The position numbers and the translations under genes are program-made. Shown one piece after another: positions 35,232-42,680 of a DNA stretch of 64,000 bases. Numbering within the stretch: position 1 is the first letter of the stretch; every line of letters starts with the position of its first letter. This DNA comes from an uncultured Bacteroidota bacterium (GTDB taxonomy: Bacteria > Bacteroidota > Bacteroidia > Bacteroidales > SZUA-534). The DNA lies in contig CAMKOM010000009.1 in assembly GCA_946414435.1 (NCBI GenBank), forward strand, positions 17,277-81,276. Reading direction: 5' to 3'. The notes under the pieces are model-generated. The model saw only the letters and a program-made list of their open reading frames with translations, was not told the DNA's origin and did no database searches.

Positions 35232-36599
35232 ATGGATAATAAAGAAGAATTATACAAAAAGGAACTGCATGCTTTACTTGAAAAGCATGACCGTCTGAAC
35301 GCACAAGAGGAACAGTTTAATGTGTTTACTACATTGCGCCAAGCGTATGACGAAAGGTATTTGCACTCGAGATTCATAACTTCAATTTTATATTATCCCA
35401 AAGACGAACAAGACTCAAAAGGTAAACACGATCTAAAAGGTAACCACGGATTGGGAACTTATCCATTAGAAGTTTTTTTGAGAGCAATAGGAAGCCAATT
35501 TGAATGTACAGGCGAAACGGTAATCAAACCGAATCCGGATGATAATTGGCGTGAAGAAGAAAATATTGATATTCTTATTGATAAACTTAAAAACAAGAAA
35601 AAAGAAAAATGTGCAATAATTATAGAAAACAAGATTTATGCACAAGACAGTGGAGAGCGTCAATTAAACAGATATTACGAAATCGTCAGAAATAATTTCA
35701 AATACGAACCTTCGAATATCGAAGTATATTATTTGACTCTTGATAGGCACAAACCGTCTGATAATAGTTTAGGGGAAACTTTAATAGTGGAAGGTGAAGA
35801 CCATAATCGGATAAAGACTGTCCGTTGCATTGAATATAAAACAGAGATTGTAAACTGGTTGACAGAAATCAAGAAATCTGCAAATGGTTTCTTACTGAAT
35901 GCAATTGAACAATACTTAGCATTAGTAACAAAACTTACATGCGATGTCGATTACAATAAGGAACTGACTGAGTTTGTTTGCGAAAATTGGGAAAATACAA
36001 GGGAAATTGTTCTAAACAAAGACAATAAGTATCCTGAAAAAGAAAAAGAATATAAGATTTTAAGAAATGACATTTACCATGTGTATTGGCATATTATAAC
36101 GGATTTCCTAAATGATTTATGCAGCAAACTGAACGAAATGCTAATTGCTAACGGATATGAAAAAGCATATTCAGAACGGCAAATCCATGAATGGGTTACG
36201 GAAATTGTACACACGAGTAAGCAAGATATTCCATTACATTTCCTGTTTAATGACAAAAACGGTGTTTGCTGGTCGTTACAGGCAGACAACCATGGAGGAA
36301 AGGGATTTTTTATCGGAGTTGAAAAAAAATACCGCAATAAGAGATTAGATTTTACCGATTCTTGTATTCCATATGGCAAAAAAAATAATGAAGACGATAA
36401 TTGGCGCTACCGCAAATATTTTTGTGACGAAATAAAAATCAACTTATGGAATTGTCGGGAAAAAACAAAAGACAAAACAAAAGACAAAACAAAAGAAACT
36501 GAAACTATTGAAACTATCCTAAAAAATAAAGACAGTATCATAAGGCAATATGTATCAATTGTTAAATCAGAACTCGGAAAATTTGGCACAAAGAAATGA
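35232..36599 (+). CDS. PD-(D/E)XK nuclease-family protein with uncharacterised C-terminal half
   Basis: N-terminal FNVFTTLRQAYDERYLHSRFITSILYY, then D...ExK core NIDILID...CAIIIENKIYAQDSGERQLNRYY and VYYLTLDRHKPS. This pattern matches the PDDEXK_4-type family as I remember it. Residues ~200-455 are unassigned. Confidence 0.6.
   Translation: MDNKEELYKKELHALLEKHDRLNAQEEQFNVFTTLRQAYDERYLHSRFITSILYYPKDEQDSKGKHDLKGNHGLGTYPLEVFLRAIGSQFECTGETVIKPNPDDNWREEENIDILIDKLKNKKKEKCAIIIENKIYAQDSGERQLNRYYEIVRNNFKYEPSNIEVYYLTLDRHKPSDNSLGETLIVEGEDHNRIKTVRCIEYKTEIVNWLTEIKKSANGFLLNAIEQYLALVTKLTCDVDYNKELTEFVCENWENTREIVLNKDNKYPEKEKEYKILRNDIYHVYWHIITDFLNDLCSKLNEMLIANGYEKAYSERQIHEWVTEIVHTSKQDIPLHFLFNDKNGVCWSLQADNHGGKGFFIGVEKKYRNKRLDFTDSCIPYGKKNNEDDNWRYRKYFCDEIKINLWNCREKTKDKTKDKTKETETIETILKNKDSIIRQYVSIVKSELGKFGTKK
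36462..36497 (+). repeat. in-frame 12-bp tandem repeat (AAAACAAAAGAC x3, last unit ...GAA) encoding KTKD KTKD KTKE
   Basis: Read directly from the sequence. It lies near the C-terminus of the PD-(D/E)XK protein. Confidence 0.85.
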
Positions 36600-37063
36600 A
36601 TAGCGAAACAAACAATCAGAATGAAATAGAATCTTCGGAGTATTGCATAAAAGGTACCGACGAAGAGTTTGAATACTATAAAAGGCTTGTCGAAAGTGGT
36701 GAAGACGAGGATTCTATTAGCGAATTGAAAAATATATACAGCGAGGAGAAGGAACTACTGGCAAACAAGCCATCGGGTGATGTGCCGACCTTTATTGCCG
36801 ATTTCGCTTACCCGATGTATATTTTGGCAACAATGTACATGCAGCGTAACGAACACGAAAAGGCATTGCCGCTTTTGGAAAAAGCATTGCCGTTATTCAG
36901 GGTTTTGGAAATCACGGAATCTGATTATTCCTATCAGCGCTATTATGCAATGGAGCAAATGATAGAATGTCTGCACAAACTCGGTAACGAGCCTTTGGCC
37001 CTTTACTACGAGTACGAGTTGTTGTATCTTAAGAGCGTTTTGCCAAAGGAACACAACAAATAA
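36596..37063 (+). CDS. TPR-like hypothetical protein
   Basis: 155 aa. The start overlaps the upstream stop (ATGA). The helical repeat region is ILATMYMQRNEHEKALPLLEKALPLFRVLE...YYAMEQMIECLHKLGNEPLALYY. Confidence 0.45.
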   Translation: MNSETNNQNEIESSEYCIKGTDEEFEYYKRLVESGEDEDSISELKNIYSEEKELLANKPSGDVPTFIADFAYPMYILATMYMQRNEHEKALPLLEKALPLFRVLEITESDYSYQRYYAMEQMIECLHKLGNEPLALYYEYELLYLKSVLPKEHNK

Positions 37064-37326
37064 TGGGGAGAGAATGGCAATGCCCCAAATGTCAAACTCG
37101 GCGGAATCGGCTAAAAAAAACGTCGGTTCCGCCCGTTGCAGAGATGCGCGGTTTGCTGGAGCAGGAGGATGAATGCAAAGAAGATTTTAGAAAGCTCTTT
37201 AAGGTGTGGGATACGACCTTTGAAATTAAATTTGAGGCAATCTTCCCTAAAATTCATCTAATTTCCCATCTTTTTCAATTATTCACGTTTATTTTAACTA
37301 TTTTTAAATCGAATAGAGATGTGTTA
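37063..37326 (+). CDS. short hypothetical ORF with a single CxxC (QCPKCQ), start overlapping upstream stop (TAATG)
   Basis: Only the translational-coupling geometry supports it. In the ORF track it reads through into the hsdS fragment. Confidence 0.25.
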
Positions 37327-37494
37327 ATGAACTACCAGCGTTTAGGCGACTATATCAGAGATGTGAATGCACGTAATCGGGATTTGAAAGTTACGAAACC
37401 AATGGACATAAATATCGACAAGCATTTTATGTCTTCGGTTGCAAATGCCATTGGAACAGATTTGTCCACATACAAACTCGTTGTGGTGGTATAG
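37327..37494 (+). pseudogene. hsdS: type I restriction-modification specificity subunit (HsdS), N-terminal ~55-codon fragment
   Basis: MNYQRLGDYIRDVNARNRDLKVTKPMDINIDKHFMSSVANAIGTDLSTYKLV matches Bacteroidales HsdS N-termini as I remember them. It then terminates abruptly. Confidence 0.65.
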
Positions 37495-37580
37495 GAGAAT
37501 CCAACAAAATATTAGAATATTGGGATAAATACTTCTTTAATGGTAATTTAAATACGATTCCAATAAAATAGCAAGAGCAG

Positions 37581-38585
37581 ATGAACGAAATCCAATTCAT
37601 ACTATACCAACTGCCCGAGGAGGAGGGCAAGGTGCAGGTGGTTATCAAAGATGAGACCATTTGGGCTACGCAAAAGGCTATGGCGCAATTGTTTGGTGTG
37701 GGTGTGCCTGCCATCAGCAAGCACCTGAAGAATATTTTTGAAGAGAAGGAGTTGGAAGAACAAGTGGTTGTTTCCAAAATGGAAATAACCACTCAACACG
37801 GTGCCATTGATGGGAAAGTACAACGAAATGAAACTGCATTCTATTCCCTCGATGCGGTCATTGCTGTCGGCTACCGAGTTTCGTCTGCAAGAGCCACCAA
37901 GTTCCGCATTTGGGCAACCAAAGTCTTGAACGAGTTCATTCGCAAGGGCTTTGTGCTGGATGATAATCGACTAAAGCAAGGCGAAAATGTGTTCGGAAAA
38001 GATTATTTCCGTGAGTTGTTAGAAAGGGTTCGTTCCATCCGTGCCAGCGAACGACGTATCTGGCAGCAAATCACTGATATCTATGCGGAATGCAGTATCG
38101 ATTATGACAAGAATGCCCCCACAACCCACGATTTCTACGCTATGATTCAGAACCGTTTCCACTACGCCATCACAGGGCAAACGGCGGCAGAAATCATCTA
38201 CACAAAAGCCGACCACAAGAAAGCCAATATGGGACTGACAACCTGGAAAAACGCACCAGATGGCAGAATATTAAAATCGGATGTGTCAGTTGCAAAGAAT
38301 TACTTGTCGGAACAGCAAATCAGAAAGTTGGAACGTGCTGTAACAGGTTTCTTTGACTATATAGAAGATCTTATTGAGAATGAAAATACATTCGATATGT
38401 CTCAATTTTCGGATAGCGTGAATGCCTTTCTTACTTTCAGAAACTACAAGATATTGAAAGGGAAAGGAAGTGTGTCAAAAGCGGAAGCTGATGCAAAAGC
38501 AGAGGGTGAATACGATATTTTTAACAAAACTCAACCCATTATTTCCGACTTCGACAAGGAAATCAAACGATTGAAAGGTGAATAG
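37581..38585 (+). CDS. rhuM: RhuM-family virulence/Fic-DOC-associated protein
   Basis: The N-terminus IQFILYQLPEEEGKVQVVIKDETIWATQKAMAQLFGVGVPAISKHLKNIFEEKEL is the characteristic RhuM start. These genes commonly sit between hsdS and hsdR. Confidence 0.8.
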   Translation: MNEIQFILYQLPEEEGKVQVVIKDETIWATQKAMAQLFGVGVPAISKHLKNIFEEKELEEQVVVSKMEITTQHGAIDGKVQRNETAFYSLDAVIAVGYRVSSARATKFRIWATKVLNEFIRKGFVLDDNRLKQGENVFGKDYFRELLERVRSIRASERRIWQQITDIYAECSIDYDKNAPTTHDFYAMIQNRFHYAITGQTAAEIIYTKADHKKANMGLTTWKNAPDGRILKSDVSVAKNYLSEQQIRKLERAVTGFFDYIEDLIENENTFDMSQFSDSVNAFLTFRNYKILKGKGSVSKAEADAKAEGEYDIFNKTQPIISDFDKEIKRLKGE

Positions 38586-38732
38586 CCTACGCCATACTTC
38601 AACGAAAGCCAATTGGAACAGTCCATCATCGCACTGCTGCAGGAGCACGGTTATGAATATGTGAAGGGTGACATTGTGCGCAATCTCGATGATGTGGTGC
38701 TGCGCGACGACCTTGCCGCGCACCTTTTATAA
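38586..38732 (+). pseudogene. hsdR: type I restriction enzyme R subunit (HsdR), N-terminal 48-codon remnant without start codon
   Basis: Own translation: PTPYFNESQLEQSIIALLQEHGYEYVKGDIVRNLDDVVLRDDLAAHLL*. The NESQLEQ...L.E.GY pattern is the usual HsdR N-terminus. Confidence 0.55.
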
Positions 38733-38923
38733 GCAATGCTGTGGAACCTTTTCTCTCATTTTTCCAAGCATTCTGTTGTATAGTTTCCGCTTGAATACCA
38801 CTGCCATAACTTATTGAAATTTGGCAAAATATATAATGATTTGCAGTTTCCGCAAAATGTTGCGGTTTGTTTCAAATCTTCACCTTTGTTTTATATTCTT
38901 ATGTACATTTAACAATAAACGCG

Positions 38924-40033
38924 TTACCAATCTTCCCCAAGAACATAACAGGTATTCTTGCTGCCTTCCGCACCTTTTACCAAAACACCTTTGCCAACCA
39001 AATCGTTGATGTCACGGAGTGCGGTGGCTTGCGAGGTTTTGCAGATTTTAGCCCACTTGTCGGTTGTGAGTTTGCCTTCGAATCCGTCCCACAATTTGTT
39101 CACAACCTTAACCTGGCGCTCGTTCATAGCCACATTGCGGTGCTCTTGCCAAAACAACGATTTTTTTACCACGCGGCTGACAACAACTTCGCTGTGTTCC
39201 ATTGCACCTTTTAAGGTTTGAAGAAACCATTCAAGCCACAATGTAATATCAACATTGCCCACTGTGGTGTTTTCCAACGCTTCATAGTATTTGCTCTTAC
39301 TCTTAAGAATAGCGGCTGACATACTGTAGTAGCGATGTGGAATACCATCGGCACGGGCGAGCAGCATATCGGTGATTGTCCTGGTTAGTCGGCCATTTCC
39401 GTCGTCGAATGGATGGATGGCGACAAACCACAGATGCGCAACAGCCGCTTTCAGAACAGGGTCGGAAGTCTTTTCATTGTTAATCCAATCCAGAAAACGC
39501 GCCATCTCTTTTGGCACATCGGCTGATGCCGGGGCTTCGTAATGAACCTTCTCTTTGCCGAGCGTGCCAGAAACCACTTGCATTGGCTCTTCGCCAACTC
39601 GCCATCCCGCCACTGTTATGGGGGTAATGCCGCTTCGCCCAGTTGGAAACAAGGCTGCGTGCCAATTAAAAAGGCGCTGTTCGGTTAGTTCATCAGAATA
39701 GTTGCTGACAGCATCAATCATAACCTGCACAACACCATCAGTGTAATGGTCCGGCTCAGGTAGTCCTTCCGTTGAAATGCCGAGATGCCTGGCAACCGAA
39801 GACCGTACTCTATCGGCATTCAGCAAAACACCTTCAATCTCATTGGAACGGATAACATCTTCAGTCATCACGTCGAGTGATGTTTTTGTCTGAACTTCGA
39901 ATCCCAAGCCATCCATCATCCCTGTAATGCGCCCTTCCTGAAGACGCACTTCGGAAAGAAGGTTCATTATTTTGTCGGTTTCCCAACGAAAATTAGGCCA
40001 GTCGGGATATTGCCAGATGTAATGTGGTTTCAT
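38924..40033 (-). CDS. Fic family protein (DUF4172 N-terminal region, C-terminal wHTH)
   Basis: Fic motif HPFDDGNGRLTR. The N-terminus YIWQYPDWPNFRW is typical of DUF4172-Fic proteins. Confidence 0.9.
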   Translation of the reverse strand: MKPHYIWQYPDWPNFRWETDKIMNLLSEVRLQEGRITGMMDGLGFEVQTKTSLDVMTEDVIRSNEIEGVLLNADRVRSSVARHLGISTEGLPEPDHYTDGVVQVMIDAVSNYSDELTEQRLFNWHAALFPTGRSGITPITVAGWRVGEEPMQVVSGTLGKEKVHYEAPASADVPKEMARFLDWINNEKTSDPVLKAAVAHLWFVAIHPFDDGNGRLTRTITDMLLARADGIPHRYYSMSAAILKSKSKYYEALENTTVGNVDITLWLEWFLQTLKGAMEHSEVVVSRVVKKSLFWQEHRNVAMNERQVKVVNKLWDGFEGKLTTDKWAKICKTSQATALRDINDLVGKGVLVKGAEGSKNTCYVLGEDW

Positions 40034-40051
40034 AACTCACTTATTTTCTTG

Positions 40052-40059
40052 CAAAAATA
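40052..40059 (-). promoter_or_regulatory. candidate -7 promoter box (TATTTTTG on minus strand)
   Basis: TAnnTTTG match 19 nt upstream of the Fic ATG (40033). Confidence 0.4.
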
Positions 40060-40129
40060 AGCAAATGAAGCGAATCCCGCCAACATTCCCTTCAAAATTT
40101 GCAGCGAATATCGTGCGATTCGCATCCTA

Positions 40130-40933
40130 TCACTCGTGATAGTCATCATCCTTCCATTCAAACCTGATGGTTTCGGGCACCATATATTTGCCGATTTTGT
40201 AATCGATGTTCGCCTTGTGAGCCTGGCTTAGCTGAAAGCGCCGATGGATGCGGTACATCTTGCCGTCCTTGATAAAGTGAGCCCCCGTCTGATGAAAGCG
40301 GAAAGCGATGCCTTTCGATATGCACTGCTGGCGCACGTTGAGAACCCAGTCGTAGTTGCAGGGCCGCGCGTCAACACCCGACTCGCCGCTGACGGCCACT
40401 TCCTCAATCTGCGGGGTGAGGTAGGGCGTAAGGTCAATATTGGTGAGCATTGGCGCCACCATAATGCTCTTATGCTTGATGGGAGCCGACAGAAATATCG
40501 GCAGTCGGTAATCGGCCATTTCCTGGTCCTCGACGGTGCAGCCCACAAGCACATTGTCGTAGCCGTCGCCCCAGTCGTCGGGAATGCATTCCATAAAGCG
40601 GTCGATGCGTTTGGTGAAGAAATAGAACCAGAGGTCGCTCCGTTCTTTCATCATCTTCCAGCACTCGGGGCGCCACGCGTCGGCGTCTTTCAGCAGAAAA
40701 TCGGAGGTGAAGCAGGTGAAAACCATCTTGCCGCTTTCAATCTTCCAGCTCTTGTCGCGCTTCCGCTTTACAGGAAGGTTGAAGTTGGCGGTTTTCCGAC
40801 ATTCCTGGGTCGATATTTCGCTGCCGTACATCTCGTCTTGTCGGTACACGTAGCAATGCTTGCACCCTGAGCTAATCTTGGTGCAGCCGTGCCACGGATT
40901 CCAGTCGGCGTATATTTCCCAGTTTTCTGCCAT
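40130..40933 (-). CDS. DUF5131 (phage Gp37/Gp68) family three-Cys-motif protein
   Basis: The N-terminus WNPWHGCTKISSGCKHCY matches the conserved WNP..GC...S.GC..CY start of the family. Confidence 0.7.
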   Translation of the reverse strand: MAENWEIYADWNPWHGCTKISSGCKHCYVYRQDEMYGSEISTQECRKTANFNLPVKRKRDKSWKIESGKMVFTCFTSDFLLKDADAWRPECWKMMKERSDLWFYFFTKRIDRFMECIPDDWGDGYDNVLVGCTVEDQEMADYRLPIFLSAPIKHKSIMVAPMLTNIDLTPYLTPQIEEVAVSGESGVDARPCNYDWVLNVRQQCISKGIAFRFHQTGAHFIKDGKMYRIHRRFQLSQAHKANIDYKIGKYMVPETIRFEWKDDDYHE

Positions 40934-41002
40934 TCGCGTTTTTTTTACAGATGTTATTACAGTTCAGACGGTTGCTCGTTGGGTCAGATTTAACACGCTG
41001 TT

Positions 41003-41136
41003 TTACAGCACTTTTTTTACCGCCATCAAGGCACAATTCCGCCGCTCATCGCCGTTGCCGCGAATCTCAACATACGGCAACCCAAACGTTTCCAGTTCGT
41101 TACGATATATGGTCGATAGTTTCTCGCGCATCGGGC
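41003..41136 (-). pseudogene. displaced 3'-end remnant of a nadR-type ribosylnicotinamide kinase gene
   Basis: A 118-bp ungapped match (41019-41136 vs 42703-42820) has 14 mismatches by my count. It retains the frame for 43 codons plus its own stop: PMREKLSTIYRNELETFGLPYVEIRGNGDERRNCALMAVKKVL*. Confidence 0.75.
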
Positions 41137-41143
41137 TGCTGAA

Positions 41144-42472
41144 TTAAATGAACGGTGCAAAATACACTGGCAGACAAGTCGTCGGGCCGTCTTTCTGATA
41201 ATCTTTGGCATAGAGCAAAAGCCGTTGGCCGATTCGTGATGAGAACTTGCTGCAAAACTCGTCGAGCGACCGATGAGTCTTGTAACCAGACGATTTCACT
41301 TCAATGGGGACTAACTTGTTGCCCCGCGATAAAAGGAAATCCACTTCATAATTGTGGTTGTTTCCGTCGGGAAAGGTGTAGTAAAACAACTCATTACCCG
41401 ATGTGCGAAGCATTTGTGCCACAAGGTTTTCGTAGACATAACCAAGATTGGCGTCCAACTTGTCTGACAACAGTTTTGTGTAAATTGTGTTTTCGGTTTG
41501 CCGCTTGTCCCAAAACGCCAAAGTGATAAACAGCCCTGTGTCGGTAAGAAATGCCTTGTAGCGTTCCGGGTCTTTTGTCAGACCCATTCCAACGTGTGGG
41601 TCGGTTGTGTGATAGGCAAGATTGACAACCATACTGTCGGCCATATCGGCCATAATTGTGTCCGCGCTGTTTGCTGGGCGTCCGTCAGTTGCGCTCTCAA
41701 CCTTGAACGACGATGCGTGCCGCGACAGTTGCGCAGGTATGTCCCTGAAAAAAAGCGATGCCGTCCCCGAAGGGTCAATCTTTCGGAAATCATCGTCATA
41801 AAGTTCTAGGATTTTTCGCTTCGTGTCGTCAACTTGCTGTAAATTATTTGTTTGGATATACGTGTCGATTGCTTGGGGCATTCCGCCAACAAGCATATAC
41901 AATCGCAAGTCGCGCATCCATTTGCGGTGGACGGCATCGCCCATCGGGCGCTTCATTGCATATGCTTCGCGAAGAAAATCGGCCGAGACATTGTCGCCTG
42001 TCGCCCACTTAAACTCATCAAAATCCATCGGATAGAGCGTTAGCCGATGTTCTTCGCTTGGTATGACAATATTCTGCACGTTCTTTTTAAGAGTCAGCAG
42101 TGAGCCTGTTTCGATATAGTGGTAGCGGCCATCTTTGACAAGATGCTTAATTGCTTGTCGCGCAAGCGGTTGCCTCTGAACTTCATCAAAAATTATTACA
42201 GAGCGGTGCTCGTGCAGTTTGACTTGGAAAATGTTCTGCAGACGGAAGAAGAAATAGTTCAAGTCGAGCATATTCTCAAACAGCTCGTCAATTTCGCGTG
42301 AAGCGATAGAGAAATCTATTAGGATATGTGTATCATACTCATTTTTAGCAAATTCTTCCGCCAAAGTCGATTTCCCTACACGTCGGGCACCTTTTATAAG
42401 CAGAGCATAATGGTCGGCCAAGTCAGCCTTCCATCGCAGCATTTCGTCATATAATTTCCGTTTGAAAACCAT
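41144..42472 (-). CDS. AAA-family ATPase with DUF4143-type C-terminal domain
   Basis: Walker A KGARRVGKST and Walker B VIIFDEVQ. The C-terminal region YEVDFLLSRGNKLVPIEVKSS is typical of DUF4143. Confidence 0.8.
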   Translation of the reverse strand: MVFKRKLYDEMLRWKADLADHYALLIKGARRVGKSTLAEEFAKNEYDTHILIDFSIASREIDELFENMLDLNYFFFRLQNIFQVKLHEHRSVIIFDEVQRQPLARQAIKHLVKDGRYHYIETGSLLTLKKNVQNIVIPSEEHRLTLYPMDFDEFKWATGDNVSADFLREAYAMKRPMGDAVHRKWMRDLRLYMLVGGMPQAIDTYIQTNNLQQVDDTKRKILELYDDDFRKIDPSGTASLFFRDIPAQLSRHASSFKVESATDGRPANSADTIMADMADSMVVNLAYHTTDPHVGMGLTKDPERYKAFLTDTGLFITLAFWDKRQTENTIYTKLLSDKLDANLGYVYENLVAQMLRTSGNELFYYTFPDGNNHNYEVDFLLSRGNKLVPIEVKSSGYKTHRSLDEFCSKFSSRIGQRLLLYAKDYQKDGPTTCLPVYFAPFI

Positions 42473-42500
42473 TTATTTTGTAATTGCTTTGTTTTCAATA

Positions 42501-42508
42501 CAAAGGTA
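42501..42508 (-). promoter_or_regulatory. candidate -7 promoter box (TACCTTTG on minus strand)
   Basis: TAnnTTTG match 29 nt upstream of the ATPase ATG (42472). Confidence 0.4.
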
Positions 42509-42520
42509 TACTGAACAAAA

Positions 42521-42612
42521 CTTTCCGCAAAATTTTTTAAGCTGAATTATGTGCTTTCCGCAAATTTTTTGCAGGCAAAATATGCGCTTTCCGCAAAATG
42601 TTGTGGGTTTTG
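42521..42612 (+). repeat. three copies of CTTTCCGCAAA(A)T upstream of the ATPase promoter
   Basis: Copies start at 42521, 42554 and 42587. The third extends to CTTTCCGCAAAATGTTGTGGGTTTTG and matches 38846-38869. Confidence 0.85.
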
Positions 42613-42680
42613 AGCAAAATAATTGTAGTTCACGCGATAAAAATCCGCACAAAACTGTTCAATCAATTGTCCCCAAAAAC

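Larger units (their letters stand above)
34450..42680. other. mosaic accessory island (no recognisable mobility genes)
   Basis: It is bounded by the rlmI terminator and the stop of the nadR-like kinase. Sampled 60-nt lines in the left half are ~32-43% GC, against ~60% in a sampled core line (murA). The content is defence-type or selfish: PD-(D/E)XK, R-M remnants, RhuM, Fic, DUF5131 and DUF4143. Confidence 0.6.

Noticed and set aside
37495-37580. The short frame GESNKILEYWDKYFFNGNLNTIPIK* after the hsdS stub might be another HsdS/HsdM fragment.
   Set aside because: I cannot match it to any conserved R-M motif from memory, and it is too short to support a call.
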